From the NCBI GenBank assembly GCA_013265495.1, contig MU058065.1:8907819-8971818 (forward strand): 64,000 bases of DNA. Direction: 5' to 3'. Made by a program: the position numbers and the translations under genes. The notes under the pieces were generated by a model that searched no databases, was not told the DNA's origin, and worked only from the letters and a program-made list of their open reading frames with translations. This DNA is from Vicugna vicugna (taxonomy: Eukaryota). How positions within the stretch are numbered: position 1 is the first letter of the stretch; each line of letters opens with the position of its first letter. This document shows, piece by piece, positions 63,191 to 64,000 of the stretch.

Positions 63191-64000
63191 AGTTTGGAAT
63201 GAAAATATGACAAGTAAATCGAATTAAGGCTTAGGAATAAAGATTTTAAATGTAGATTGGGAAGTCATTCTGCCCAAAGGAATGTATGAAACCTTTGAGG
63301 GAAATTATGTTGAAAAACAAGACGGATGGAGACTGCCTCTGGAGTATTATCAGGCAGTGGAAAGTGGGAAGTGACTCTGCAAAGCAGCTAATAGGAGGAA
63401 GCTCCTGGTAATCAGCATCATTGGAGACAAGGAATGAGAGGGTGGGGCATCTTGGAGAGGTCAGAAAGGTTCAGGGCTTAGGAAGGCTCCTGGAGCTTTT
63501 GAGAGTACTATTAAGAGCTAATAGTGGGTGTGAAGGTGATCTGCAGAGAATTAAAAATAGAAACTATTCTTAGAAAATATGGCCTAAAAGGGGGTAACAA
63601 TGGGGTTTTATTTATTGGTTTTTCAAAATAGGATGAAGTTGTGTCTGTATTAAGGCAGAGATAAGGGAACCAGTGAAGGAGGGAAACGTAGAAGGTGCTA
63701 GAAATAAAGGGGATAAAGGAGGGAGCAGGGCTAGGAGATCTGGAGGATATATGTTGGAGGAATAGGTAAAGAAGTGTCTCAGAAATGAGGAAGGATGGAT
63801 AATTTTTGCTTTCAGGTTTGGAGGGAAGGAAGAGATAATAGATATTTGAAGCTGGAATTTTGCATAAGAGAGGAAAGACAATCTGTTATCTTAGTAAAGC
63901 TGTGGTTAGGGTCATATGTTTTGGGGGTCTCCATTGGTATTATAGGCCTGAAGAAAGTGTGAAAGTAAATCAGTAAGAAAAAAATTGTCAAGCAGTAATG

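Noticed and set aside
165..63881. Most ORFs in the supplied six-frame track
   Set aside because: They are short, low-complexity (F/L/I/K-rich) frames expected in AT-rich intron and repeat DNA. Only those overlapping GLS exons (17726, 34282, 36999) and the L1 ORF2 remnant (50930, 51108) show recognisable protein motifs.

Overview
AT-rich, CpG-poor mammalian genomic DNA covering most of the kidney-type glutaminase gene GLS on the + strand. It runs from the 3' part of intron 1 through coding exons 2-14 (all GT-AG, phases compatible, 1264 nt in total), then the GAC-specific terminal exon 15 with its ~2.5 kb 3' UTR and poly(A) signals. The last ~20 kb is intron leading toward the KGA-specific exons, which, like exon 1, I could not find in the window. 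tRNA-Ala-derived SINEs and young L1 3' ends suggest a camelid genome (inference). The rest is typical intronic repeats: MIR, L2, L1M, MER58A, Tigger/MER2-type, MLT1 and microsatellites. I found no convincing new biological system. The most interesting leads are about RNA processing of GLS: a candidate 174-nt poison/terminal exon in intron 7, an exact copy of the human GAM isoform tail (VSFYIFLS*) in intron 2, and a GAC branch point overlapping ACUAAY and AAUAAA. There is also a UGUA-rich GAC poly(A) site and an AP-1 site duplicated by an L1 target-site duplication. Exon and residue numbers follow human GLS from memory. Repeat family names come from recognition by eye, not database searches, and their boundaries are approximate.
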